32,000 bases of DNA from Vulcanisaeta distributa DSM 14429 (GCF_000148385.1 NC_014537.1:810001-842000), one strand, 5' to 3'. Shown: positions 1-8,519, counted from the first letter of the stretch. A program made the numbers and translations. Notes: generated by a model not told the origin, from the letters alone.

Positions 1-2
1 GT

Positions 3-824
3 TACCTAGATTATGGCGACACACCAGCCTTTAAGGGTGTTCATGAGGCAGCGGCTATTAGGGTTGGCGGCACGTTACTCGTCACTAGGCTTGTTAATGA
101 GGGTAAGTACGTTCACGGCTTTAACCCAGGTGGCGGGTTCCACCACGCCAAGCCAAGCGAAGCCGCGGGGTTCTGTGTGTATAATGACATTGCCATAGCC
201 GTTAAGTGGCTTAGGAATCACGGCATTAAGCGTGTGGCGGTTGTTGACGTTGATGTTCATCATGCTGACGGTACACAGGCAGTTTTTAATAATGAGGACG
301 TTCTTTTAATATCAACGCACGGCTACGATGGTCGCTTTTACCCAGGCACTGGTTGGATTGATGAGGATGGTGTGGGTGCAGGTAAGGGGCTTAAGGTGAA
401 TATACCATTACCGCCCCACACGGGTGATGATGTGTACTCCATGGTGATTGATGAGATAATTAAGCCAATACTCGACAGGTACTCACCCGAATTCCTGGTG
501 CTTCAATTTGGTGTTGATGCTCATACAGGGGATGAGCTTGGGATCCTGGACCTAACCACCGAATCGTACCTTAAGGTACTCAGTGTGGTTCATGAGATAG
601 CCCATAGGCATGCTGGTGGTAGGTTAGTCCTAACCGGCGGTGGAGGTTATGATGTTTGGAATACCGTTAAGACCTGGTTCCTAGCCATAGTATTCCTCAC
701 GGACCCCAGTAAGCTCAGTCAGTATTCGAATTATTTCGATAAGGAATCCACAAGAACCCCAGAGCGTTATTATGAGGAGGCGCTGTACATAATTGATGCC
801 GTGAAGCAGAGATTTGGCGTGTAA
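3..824 (+). CDS. Histone deacetylase / acetoin-utilisation (AcuC-HDAC) family deacetylase; 5' end lies outside the window
   Basis: The frame is open from the window start. Translation reads ...NPGGGFHHAKPSEAAGFCVYNDIAIAV...VVDVDVHHADGTQ...FGVDAHTGDELG, carrying the HH pair and the D-x-H/D metal-ligand motifs typical of the HDAC fold. Confidence 0.85.
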   Translation, partial: YLDYGDTPAFKGVHEAAAIRVGGTLLVTRLVNEGKYVHGFNPGGGFHHAKPSEAAGFCVYNDIAIAVKWLRNHGIKRVAVVDVDVHHADGTQAVFNNEDVLLISTHGYDGRFYPGTGWIDEDGVGAGKGLKVNIPLPPHTGDDVYSMVIDEIIKPILDRYSPEFLVLQFGVDAHTGDELGILDLTTESYLKVLSVVHEIAHRHAGGRLVLTGGGGYDVWNTVKTWFLAIVFLTDPSKLSQYSNYFDKESTRTPERYYEEALYIIDAVKQRFGV

Positions 825-827
825 AAC

Positions 828-1070
828 CTACTCAATATGCGATATCCTCTTTGTCTGGAATGACCTTATTTTAACGATAATCCTATAACCGCAGTATGGG
901 CAGTGCACGCCGGGCGTTATCATATCCTCAAGCGAGAATACTCTGCCGCACCTAAGGCACATGTATATCTTTCGACTAGCAGCCTCACCCATCGCTTCCC
1001 CACCACCCTCCTCACCTAATGCTTTCGCTTGCTCCTCCTCATTACCCTCCTCAAAGAATTCCTCACTCAC
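828..1070 (-). CDS. rpoP: DNA-directed RNA polymerase subunit P (Rpo12/RpoP); start uncertain (GTG 1070 or ATG 992)
   Basis: The zinc ribbon CLRCGRVFSLEDMITPGVHCPYCGYRIIVKIR is typical of RpoP. The 80-aa ORF carries an acidic 26-aa N-terminal extension. A TATA-like AATTTAAG (1093-1100, minus strand) lies about 25 nt upstream of GTG 1070. Confidence 0.8.
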   Translation of the reverse strand: MSEEFFEEGNEEEQAKALGEEGGGEAMGEAASRKIYMCLRCGRVFSLEDMITPGVHCPYCGYRIIVKIRSFQTKRISHIE

Positions 1071-1098
1071 GCCAAATCGATGAAGTAAGCCCCTTAAA

Positions 1099-1614
1099 TT
1101 ATTTTTGCATTATCCTCCTCACCCTATCCTCAGCATTAATCCTACTCAGCACCGGCAAGACCCCTGTTGCCACGAGACTCTGCCACGACCTATCACCCAT
1201 AGCCATTAACTCCCTAATCCTCGTACCACTATAAACCTCCTTATTAAAGAGCGGCGTATTAAGGACCTTAATCCCACCATACTCAAGGCACAACTTAGTG
1301 AACTCATCATTCGTGTAAGCCACGTCAAATGACGGGCACCGCTCACGGACATAGGCATACCACAGCGCCGAATCACCCTTCGTATCAGGTACGGCGCAAT
1401 AAAGGACCCTATCGACCAGCTTTAACTCCCTAAGCATTGAATGAAGCATCTCGATTCTCTCACCAACGGTAAACGGATTCCTAGGCGTGAATGACTCGTT
1501 GGCAGACCCAATGGCGATAACTAACTCATCATGCCTACCCAACAACCACTTAATCACCTCCTCATGACCCCTATGCAGCGGTTGAAACCTCCCAACAAAT
1601 AACGCCCTAACCAT
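1099..1614 (-). CDS. nadM: Nicotinamide-nucleotide adenylyltransferase (archaeal NMNAT)
   Basis: The N-terminus MVRALFVGRFQPLHRGHEEVIKWL has the GRFQPxHxGH signature. The downstream IGSA...NPFTVGERIEM and YSGTRIR motifs match archaeal NMNATs. Confidence 0.85.
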   Translation of the reverse strand: MVRALFVGRFQPLHRGHEEVIKWLLGRHDELVIAIGSANESFTPRNPFTVGERIEMLHSMLRELKLVDRVLYCAVPDTKGDSALWYAYVRERCPSFDVAYTNDEFTKLCLEYGGIKVLNTPLFNKEVYSGTRIRELMAMGDRSWQSLVATGVLPVLSRINAEDRVRRIMQK

Positions 1615-1692
1615 ACAGCACTAATTAATGCTGGGTCATTTTATCTATTTCCCAGGGAATAATCACACTTAAATTAATGCGCCTAAAAATGC

Positions 1693-2673
1693 ATGAATAT
1701 GGTAAGTATTAAGGATACGGAGGTAACACTTGTCGAGGCAGTCCAGCCCTTTGATATAAACTCCTTAGGTAATTTATTCGGCGGTCGAATGCTTGAGTGG
1801 ATGGCAAATATAGGCACGGTGGCGGCCACGCGATTCTCAAGGGGCCCCGCAGTCCTTGCATACTTAGATAGGCACTTCTTCATTAGGCCCGTCAGGCTTG
1901 GGGAGTTCGTAATACTTAGGGCGAGGGTTGAGTACGTGGGTACTTCGTCAATGGAGGTGAGGATAGAGGCGTGGAAGGAAAGCCCAGGTGGTAAGCAGGA
2001 ATTGGTAACAATGACCACGGCGTCCTACGTGGCCGTTGATGAGTACGGCGTTCCGAGACCCATAAATAACGTACTTGAGCCTACAGATGATGAGAAGCAA
2101 CTCTATGAGGAGGCTAGGAGAAGGTATGAGGAGAGAAAGAAGAAGATTGAGGATAGGAAGTTCAGGAGGTTTGACCTGGCAGACCCAACCAAGGGGCTTA
2201 GGTGGCGAGTCGAGTCCAGTCGCTGGGCTACACCGTCAGATGCCTTCGTAGGTAACCTAGTGTCTGGTGGCAGATTGTTAGCCTGGCTTGATGAGATAGC
2301 AGGCTTATTAGCGGCTAGATACTCAGGTGGTGCCGCCGTGACTGGTTCCGTGGATGAGACAGCCTTTTACGCACCAATTAGAGTTGGAGATATTGTGACT
2401 GTGAGGGCTGGGATTACCTACGTTGGTAAGTCATCCATGGAGATAATGCTTGATGTAATTGCTGAGGGTACCTACGGCCAGGCTAGGCATGTGTGCACGG
2501 CGTATTACACATATGTGCACGTTGACAGTAGCGGAAGGCCGGCTCCCGTTCCTGAGTACGTCCCCAGTAATGATTATGAGAGGAGACTATTCATGGAAGG
2601 TGAGAGGAGGAGACAGGTTAGGGATGAGGAGTTGGCTAAGATTAAGAAGCTGTGGTTAAGCTCTGGGACTTAA
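1693..2673 (+). CDS. Acyl-CoA thioesterase with two hotdog (4HBT/BFIT-type) domains
   Basis: There are two internal repeats of the hotdog pattern: GGRMLEWMANIGTVAA...VEYVGTSSMEV and GGRLLAWLDEIAGLLAA...ITYVGKSSMEI. A basic linker joins them. Confidence 0.7.
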   Translation: MNMVSIKDTEVTLVEAVQPFDINSLGNLFGGRMLEWMANIGTVAATRFSRGPAVLAYLDRHFFIRPVRLGEFVILRARVEYVGTSSMEVRIEAWKESPGGKQELVTMTTASYVAVDEYGVPRPINNVLEPTDDEKQLYEEARRRYEERKKKIEDRKFRRFDLADPTKGLRWRVESSRWATPSDAFVGNLVSGGRLLAWLDEIAGLLAARYSGGAAVTGSVDETAFYAPIRVGDIVTVRAGITYVGKSSMEIMLDVIAEGTYGQARHVCTAYYTYVHVDSSGRPAPVPEYVPSNDYERRLFMEGERRRQVRDEELAKIKKLWLSSGT

Positions 2674-3379
2674 TGCTCACCTTCCTGGCCTTGTACTGAG
2701 TCACTATTGACCTGACCCTATCAGTTAATCCGCTTGTGTGGCTTTCACTCTCTATCAACTTTATTACCCTGGCAACAAATGATTCATCCCCAGGATCCCT
2801 ACACCTAATCCAAACCCTACCATTCTGACCAACAGTTACGTCACAACCAAGCTCCTCACTGAATATGCTAACCATAGAGCCCCTCCTACCAATCACCCTG
2901 GCAACCTTACTCGCATCAATCTCAACGAGCGTCCCACCCTCAATCCTACCAAGCCTAGCCTCCTTAAGAGTTAACGTTACTGGGTAATCCTTTGTCAGGT
3001 TAAAATCTATTATCCTGGCAAGCACTATATCGCCAATACCCAACAGGCTCTTTAGGTCAACGGTCATTAAATCAACAGGCTTAAGCGTGGCCTCCTGAAT
3101 GGGGAGGTATGCCGAGTATGGGGATTTAATGTCGATAACCCACCCAGTTAGTCCGATGTCAATTACATAACCAATGACTATGTCCCCAACCCTAGGCTTG
3201 TAAATGCCGCTGAGCGGTATGACCTCCACATCCCTCTCGCCCCTTATGTTTATGAGCCCAACAACTGCCGAGTAAGCCACATCACCATCCCAGTAAATAC
3301 TACCACTGACGTTATAGTCCTTCGTGGCTATCGCATCCCCGGGCAGCACTATCTGTTTGTCGTTTACGTACAGCGGCAT
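2642..3379 (-). CDS. rrp4: Exosome complex RNA-binding protein Rrp4 (N-terminal, S1 and KH domains)
   Basis: The sequence MPLYVNDKQIVLPGD...GDIVIGYVIDIGLTGWVIDIKSPYSAYLP looks like an S1 domain, and ...ARVIGRRGSMVSIF...VGQNGRVWI like a KH domain. I moved the start to ATG 3379 because the track ORF starts at TTG 3385. The gene is adjacent to SBDS, as in the exosome superoperon. Confidence 0.8.
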   Translation of the reverse strand: MPLYVNDKQIVLPGDAIATKDYNVSGSIYWDGDVAYSAVVGLINIRGERDVEVIPLSGIYKPRVGDIVIGYVIDIGLTGWVIDIKSPYSAYLPIQEATLKPVDLMTVDLKSLLGIGDIVLARIIDFNLTKDYPVTLTLKEARLGRIEGGTLVEIDASKVARVIGRRGSMVSIFSEELGCDVTVGQNGRVWIRCRDPGDESFVARVIKLIESESHTSGLTDRVRSIVTQYKARKVSIKSQSLTTAS

Positions 3380-3429
3380 AATCAAGATACCTTGATTCCC
3401 CTAATTTTATTTTTAATCCTAAATCATCA

Positions 3430-4128
3430 TTATGACGTGGAGATTATCTTAACATCGCCTGAACCATGAGTTAATTCATTAACCTTAGCAATTATCGTAT
3501 CCTGAAGCCCAGCAGGGACCTCAAGCTGCATTACCAGCGAGCCATCACCCTCAAACCTCTCCTTAACCACCCTACCCATCCTCGAAAGCGTGCTCCTAAC
3601 CTTATGGGCATGCTCAGCGGGCGCCCTAATTTCAAGGATACTAACAGCAACCTTAAGTGGTAAGACCTTCTGGAGGGCCTTTATTACGGCATTCACCTGC
3701 TCCTCAACGGGCTTAAACGGGTCTATCGCAACATCGACCTGCTGCATTGCAGCCTCAACCCTCTGCGGAGGCACTGGCGTCCTAGTCCTCGTGTCTATAC
3801 AGTTCCTACTAATCCAATCAATTATCTGCTTCCTCTTCTGCTCAATGAGTCTCCTTCTCTGCTCAGCCGTGAGTGGTAACTCACCGTTCCTAACGATAAA
3901 CTCGGCCACCTTCCTCGGGTCAGTGGTCTTGAAAACCCTCATTAACGACTCCTCACTCGCCCTAAGGCCCTTCCTCGCGTCTTTGTATATAGTGTCCGTT
4001 ATCAACACCTTATCAATACTCACAGGCTTGCCAAGCCTCATGTCCAGGGCTGCGTCTGGGTCTACAAGTATTTCGAAGACGTAACCATCCTTCTCATACC
4101 TGGCAATTACATAATTCCTTCTACTCAT
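3430..4128 (-). CDS. SBDS-family ribosome maturation protein (SDO1 homolog)
   Basis: The sequence YVIARYEKDGYVFEILVDPDAALDMRLGKPVSIDKVL...IYKDARKGLRASEESLMRVFKTTD matches the FYSH/SBDS N-terminal pattern. Length and position upstream of rrp4 also fit. Confidence 0.85.
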   Translation of the reverse strand: MSRRNYVIARYEKDGYVFEILVDPDAALDMRLGKPVSIDKVLITDTIYKDARKGLRASEESLMRVFKTTDPRKVAEFIVRNGELPLTAEQRRRLIEQKRKQIIDWISRNCIDTRTRTPVPPQRVEAAMQQVDVAIDPFKPVEEQVNAVIKALQKVLPLKVAVSILEIRAPAEHAHKVRSTLSRMGRVVKERFEGDGSLVMQLEVPAGLQDTIIAKVNELTHGSGDVKIISTS

Positions 4129-4175
4129 ATCATTTAGCCCTATGTAGGGGAATTTTTAATTCTTCCACACATAAC

Positions 4176-4943
4176 CTACGGAGTCCTCCACCTGGCAACC
4201 CTAAGGGTTAATAACGTACCCATAATACACCAAGCAATGTTAGAGATGTACGCAGTGACTATCTGTAATGTAGAATAATGCGCTATCCTAACAGCATTTT
4301 GTATAATCATTGCTGTGGCTGAAGTCGGCACTAAATACGCAACCCACCAAGCACTGCCTAAGTACGTAGCTGGGTAATAAACTGGGGGTAGTACGCCGAG
4401 CGCGAGCGTTAATAGGCTGACCACAGCCCAGGTGTACCTAATGTACGTGAATAGGGTCGATGAGTAGAAGGCTATGGAGGAAATAGCGTACCAAAGGAGC
4501 ACTAGCGAAGCCGCGATCTCCAGGGTATCCAACAAATCAACGGTCGTCTTAAGTGCCATTAATATCGCGAATAAGATAATGCCAGGCAGTGTAAATATGA
4601 CCTCACTAAGTGCTAGTCCTATAGTGTAGGCCAACGGGCTGGTTGGCGTAGCCACAATCATCTGCTGAAACTTAAGTTCAAGCCTATAATAGGCGGCGTC
4701 ACCTATTAGGGCTGTGCCACTTGATAGCATTGTCCAGACGAGGCCGCCTATTATGCCCATGACCATGCCAATGCCCCGGTAAAGCACCGTGAGCAGTATT
4801 AACAGGGAAATCGGCGTCGCCAGGGTGGATACAGTCCAAAGCGGCGACCTAAGTATCGGCAGTAATCCATTAAGCCAGGCAAGTACCAGGATAGCCCTCA
4901 ACTGATGACTTAGACCACCCTTAACCTTCCTCATTACCCTCAC
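4176..4943 (-). CDS. ABC-2 type transporter permease
   Basis: The product is a highly hydrophobic multi-span protein. Its gene overlaps the 3' end of the upstream ABC ATPase gene by 23 nt, implying translational coupling. Confidence 0.6.
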   Translation of the reverse strand: MRVMRKVKGGLSHQLRAILVLAWLNGLLPILRSPLWTVSTLATPISLLILLTVLYRGIGMVMGIIGGLVWTMLSSGTALIGDAAYYRLELKFQQMIVATPTSPLAYTIGLALSEVIFTLPGIILFAILMALKTTVDLLDTLEIAASLVLLWYAISSIAFYSSTLFTYIRYTWAVVSLLTLALGVLPPVYYPATYLGSAWWVAYLVPTSATAMIIQNAVRIAHYSTLQIVTAYISNIAWCIMGTLLTLRVARWRTP

Positions 4944-5790
4944 CCCAGGACCTTATAGTCACAAGCACATAATGCTCAAGGGACTTGGGCGAGACCCTAA
5001 TGGCTCCATCCCCAACCTCATCGAGGGAGTCCACGAAGGAGAAGCATGAAGAACCAACCCTAATGCACGGCTCGGTACCCGCGGATGCTGGGTACTCAAC
5101 AACATACTTACCAGGCAATTTATTAACGAGCTCGCTAGGCCTGCCTCGCGACACTATCAAGCCACTATCTATTAGGAAGACAATGTCCGATATTTGCTCG
5201 GCCTCCTCAATATAATGTGTTGTTAAAAATATTGATGCCCCACTATCACTATACCGCCGCAGTGAATTCCAAACAACACGCCTAGATGCTGCGTCAAGCC
5301 CAACAGTTGGTTCGTCGAGAAACACGACCTCGGCATTAGAGGCAAGTACAGCGGCGACTAGGACCCTCCTAGTCATGCCGCCAGATAATTGATAAATGGG
5401 CGTATTCCTAAAGTCCCACAGGCCAAGTTCCTCAAGCGAGTCCCTGGCGGCTTTCCTCGCATCATTCCTAGGTAGGCCACGGAGTAGTAGGTAGGAGTAA
5501 ACAAATTCGTGGGGTGTCATGTAGGATATGGGCCTGGCGTCCTGCGGAATCACGGCAATCCTACGCCTAACCTCAGAGGCTTGATTAACCACGTTGAAAC
5601 CAGCGACATAGGCCTCACCACCATGGGGCATTAACTCAGTTGTCAGTATCCTAATGAGTGTCGTCTTACCAGCACCGTTTGGACCCAGTAATGTGGCTAT
5701 CACGCCATAATCAACATCGAGGTCTATACCCCTTAAGACCTCCCTGGCCCCGAAACTCCTCCTTAATTCCCTAACCATTATCGCCTGCAT
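4921..5790 (-). CDS. ABC transporter ATP-binding protein
   Basis: Walker A is GPNGAGKTT, the signature motif is LSGGMTRR, Walker B is VVFLDEPTVGLD, and the H-loop is TTHYIEE. Confidence 0.9.
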   Translation of the reverse strand: MQAIMVRELRRSFGAREVLRGIDLDVDYGVIATLLGPNGAGKTTLIRILTTELMPHGGEAYVAGFNVVNQASEVRRRIAVIPQDARPISYMTPHEFVYSYLLLRGLPRNDARKAARDSLEELGLWDFRNTPIYQLSGGMTRRVLVAAVLASNAEVVFLDEPTVGLDAASRRVVWNSLRRYSDSGASIFLTTHYIEEAEQISDIVFLIDSGLIVSRGRPSELVNKLPGKYVVEYPASAGTEPCIRVGSSCFSFVDSLDEVGDGAIRVSPKSLEHYVLVTIRSWGEGNEEG

Positions 5791-5818
5791 TTACATGGCT
5801 TGTTTGGGAAACCTCAAA

Positions 5819-5826
5819 TTTAAAAA
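5819..5826 (+). promoter_or_regulatory. TATA box (TTTAAAAA) for the S4 gene, with spacing typical of a leaderless transcript
   Basis: TTTAAAAA ends 25 nt before ATG 5851. It lies in the 60-bp divergent intergenic region between the ABC ATPase gene and rps4. Confidence 0.5.
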
Positions 5827-5850
5827 GGGTTCTATGCATATGCCGCTTGA

Positions 5851-6399
5851 ATGGGCGATCCAAAGAAGCCAAGGAAGAAGTACCTGGGCGGTAAGCCAAG
5901 GAGGCTTTGGAATAGGCAGTTGCTTGAGGAGGAGCTTAGGCTAATTGGTGAGTATGGCCTTAGGAATAAGAGGGAGCTTTGGCTTGCGAGGACAATACTC
6001 AGGGAGATGAAGCATAGGGCGAGGTCACTACTATCAATGCCAACCGAGCAGAGGGCCAAGTTGGAGGCTGAGTTCAAGGCGAGGTTGTTTAAGGCAGGCT
6101 TCATACCTGAGCAGGACATACCATTGGACGCGGTACTTTCACTGGATGTTAGGGCGGTACTAGATAGGAGACTCCAGACGATAGTCTATAGGAAGGGCTT
6201 GGCAAGGACTATCTACGAGGCAAGGCAGTTGGTGACCCACGGCCACATAGCCGTCGACGGCAGGGTTGTTAGGTCACCAGGCTATCTGGTGCCCAGGGAC
6301 CTTGAGGATAAGGTGACCTACGCAATAACAAGCCCAGTACTAAAGAGGCTATTGGCACAGCCGCAGCAGGAGACACAACAGGCGCAGCAAAGTCAATAA
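5851..6399 (+). CDS. rps4: 30S ribosomal protein S4 (uS4), with a short Gln-rich C-terminal tail
   Basis: The sequence [44 protein letters not shown]... is classic archaeal S4. The S4 RNA-binding domain reads [35 protein letters not shown]. Confidence 0.9.
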   Translation: MGDPKKPRKKYLGGKPRRLWNRQLLEEELRLIGEYGLRNKRELWLARTILREMKHRARSLLSMPTEQRAKLEAEFKARLFKAGFIPEQDIPLDAVLSLDVRAVLDRRLQTIVYRKGLARTIYEARQLVTHGHIAVDGRVVRSPGYLVPRDLEDKVTYAITSPVLKRLLAQPQQETQQAQQSQ

Positions 6400-6426
6400 G
6401 CCTAAGGAAGGTTTTTATTCAAGTTC

Positions 6427-7134
6427 ATGGAATACACATCGATGGATGTTTCGTTGATTTTGGGTGTTGTTGGGCCTGTTGTTACCATAGTTACGATTTT
6501 GGGTACGACGTTTTATTGGCTTGGTGGTAAGTTTAAGGGGATTGAAATGATATTTAGGGAGATAGACATGAGGTTTAGGGAGATTAATGAGCGTTTCGGG
6601 CAAATCGATGAGAGATTCAAACAAATCGACAAGAGATTCGAGGAAATTGACGAGAGATTCGATAAGCTGGAGAAGGATTTGAAGAGCTATGTTGATATGA
6701 GAATTACTGAGTTGAGGAATTACGTTGATGAGAGGTTTAACCAGGTTAATACGAGGATTAGTAGGTTGGCCGAGGCCTATAGCGATTACCAGGAGTTCTT
6801 CGTTGAGTACCTTAGTGCCGAGGGTTTGTTGAGGGCTGAGAAGGCGTCTATGCTTCGTAATGAGGCTAGGAGGGTCATGAGGCTGGCGGTTTCTGGTAAC
6901 CCATTGAGTAAGGAGGAGTGGGATAGGATTAAGGAGTTGCTTGATAAGGATGAGTTAACGCTGGAGGAGGCCCTCGAGCTTCGTGAGCTTGCGAGGAAGG
7001 TTGTTAGGGAGTACGGTGAGTACCCGGAGGCCTGGAAGCTTCATATATACGCGAGTATAATGGTTGGTGAGGCTATTAGGAAACAGTCACAGAAGCAGCA
7101 GGGGCAGGGTGGGCAGGAGGAGAAGAAGTGCTGA
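6427..7134 (+). CDS. Membrane-anchored coiled-coil protein of unknown function (N-terminal TM helix plus RFxxIDx heptad array)
   Basis: The TM segment is VSLILGVVGPVVTIVTILGTTFYWLGG. It is followed by IFREIDM RFREINE RFGQIDE RFKQIDK RFEEIDE RFDKLEK and further helical, charged sequence. Confidence 0.6.
   Translation: MEYTSMDVSLILGVVGPVVTIVTILGTTFYWLGGKFKGIEMIFREIDMRFREINERFGQIDERFKQIDKRFEEIDERFDKLEKDLKSYVDMRITELRNYVDERFNQVNTRISRLAEAYSDYQEFFVEYLSAEGLLRAEKASMLRNEARRVMRLAVSGNPLSKEEWDRIKELLDKDELTLEEALELRELARKVVREYGEYPEAWKLHIYASIMVGEAIRKQSQKQQGQGGQEEKKC
6547..6672 (+). repeat. Six consecutive 21-bp tandem units inside the CDS, each encoding one heptad (R-F-x-x-I-D/N-x)
   Basis: I read the unit boundaries directly: 6547-6567, 6568-6588, 6589-6609, 6610-6630, 6631-6651 and 6652-6672. 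Units 3-6 share the gagagattc...atcgac core. Confidence 0.85.
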
Positions 7135-7316
7135 TGCACCAGCCCTGGCGCTGATAAGGGTTGTGCTCTCTTAACTAAACCTGCCAGTGCCTTGATCGAA
7201 CTAGTATCAATTAGGGCGTTCACGATCCCTAACTTAGAGTCACCTAGCAGGTTAGCCATAGCCATGATCGTCCTCATTATTGATTCAATACCGTGAATAA
7301 AATTAATGAGCCCCAC

Positions 7317-7640
7317 CTAAAAGATCCTAATGGCATTCTTAAGGAACCACGCGTACGGCGGCTTACCCTTATCCCTGGCATTAACAACCTTAATATCAAG
7401 TAGGTGAACTACATCGCCGAGCCTATCCTCAACCTCCTCGAGGACCTTGACCTTAACCTCCAGTGGGTCACCATCACTGATTACCAGGAGGATATCCACA
7501 TCACTCGAGCCCGTGATCCTACCCGTGATTACGGAACCAAAGACATAACACTCAACCCCATACCTCCTGAGTATTGGTAAAACGGCGTTGACCAACGACC
7601 TCCAATCCCTAAGGAGCTTAATCCTCCTCACAGGCTCCAT
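7317..7640 (-). CDS. Minimal nucleotidyltransferase (MNT), antitoxin-like partner of the upstream HEPN gene
   Basis: The sequence VFGSVITGRITGSSDVDILLV carries the GS...DxD pol-beta NTase motif. The product is 107 aa. The gene overlaps the upstream HEPN gene by 13 nt. Confidence 0.8.
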   Translation of the reverse strand: MEPVRRIKLLRDWRSLVNAVLPILRRYGVECYVFGSVITGRITGSSDVDILLVISDGDPLEVKVKVLEEVEDRLGDVVHLLDIKVVNARDKGKPPYAWFLKNAIRIF

Positions 7641-8056
7641 AACCTCCTCACCAATTCAATTATGGACTCGGCAGTCCTCAAGGCAATCTCAGCCCTATCC
7701 CTATCGACACTAAGCATTCCGTACTGACCAAGACTCCTTGAATCCTCCAGTATTATTAATTCTCTACGATTATTACTCACGAATGCCCTAACCTCCTCGC
7801 CAGCATTACCCCCCAACTGATTAGCCACTAGACCCAGTAATGACCTAATGTTGTGGGTCCTTGGTGGTTCAATCCCAAGTTTAATGAGTAACGCCTTGAT
7901 TGATAATTGAGCAGCTATCTCGGCATTCACAGCTGCGGCATTGTAAAAACTCCTCTCGAAGGATACCCAGGCAACCACCATGTACTCCTCAGCCCTCCTC
8001 ATGAAGTCCTCAGCGGCGTCGAGGCTCATAGAATTAATCAAGGCATTAATCCCCAT
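7628..8056 (-). CDS. HEPN domain protein
   Basis: The product is a 142-aa helical protein with FERSFYNAAAVNAEIAAQLSIKALL...PPRTHNIRSLL, the HEPN-type R/H-containing motif. It sits in the canonical operon with an MNT gene. Confidence 0.75.
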   Translation of the reverse strand: MGINALINSMSLDAAEDFMRRAEEYMVVAWVSFERSFYNAAAVNAEIAAQLSIKALLIKLGIEPPRTHNIRSLLGLVANQLGGNAGEEVRAFVSNNRRELIILEDSRSLGQYGMLSVDRDRAEIALRTAESIIELVRRLWSL

Positions 8057-8070
8057 CCAGGGTAATAAAC

Positions 8071-8451
8071 CTATTGATATAGAGTTAAGAGTAGTACGCC
8101 GGTCCTCTCCAGCCTGCCTGTGGTTGGGTCTACCCTCAGGCCGAAGGCCCCCAGCGTGGTCACCCCAATGAGTACCTGCTCGACCTCATCACTTATCAGG
8201 ACCACGTTGGTCCTCTCCTCACCCATCAACCTAATAACCGCAATACCCTCCTCAAGCATTGCCTCACCCCTCGCAGTCATTACCCTGACGCGCCTACCAG
8301 TGCCGGCAATACCCAATTCCTCAACGACCTTCCTTGGGACTACAGTGTATGTGGCGCCAGTATCCACAAGAGCCCTGAACCTACCAATCCCCTTAACACC
8401 AATTAACTCAACATCAACATACACATGCCCCACAACTAACCTAGGGTCCAT
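8071..8451 (-). CDS. Retropepsin-like (clan AA) aspartic protease
   Basis: The sequence FRALVDTGATYTVVP carries the D-T-G-A active-site signature. The ~126-aa size is typical of single-lobe archaeal and bacterial retropepsin-like proteins. Confidence 0.75.
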   Translation of the reverse strand: MDPRLVVGHVYVDVELIGVKGIGRFRALVDTGATYTVVPRKVVEELGIAGTGRRVRVMTARGEAMLEEGIAVIRLMGEERTNVVLISDEVEQVLIGVTTLGAFGLRVDPTTGRLERTGVLLLTLYQ

Positions 8452-8487
8452 AATTCATTAATATGCGTTTCGGAAAACTTAAGTATT

Positions 8488-8519
8488 GGGGGTGATACTT
8501 AGTAGCGGGGGTGATACTT
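8488..8519 (+). repeat. Direct repeat GGGGGTGATACTT x2 (8488-8500 and 8507-8519) between a TATA-like box and the ATPase start
   Basis: The two 13-bp copies are exact, with starts 19 bp apart. The second copy ends inside the called TTG start codon (8518). The TATA-like AAAACTTAAGTATT lies at 8474-8487. Confidence 0.8.

Noticed and set aside
3590-4084. A 164-aa plus-strand ORF antisense to the SBDS gene. Similar antisense ORFs occur at 1683-2018, 8120-8461, 19774-20241 and 25974-26264.
   Set aside because: Each is fully contained in a gene with clear family motifs on the other strand and has a low-complexity, Ser/Leu/Thr-rich translation. I treat them as shadow ORFs.
6547-6672. Tandem 21-bp repeats here, and 63-bp repeats at 20225-20602, considered as possible CRISPR-like or satellite arrays.
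   Set aside because: The units are contiguous with no spacers, are in phase with long ORFs, and encode heptad or coiled-coil periodicity. They are coding repeats, not CRISPR.
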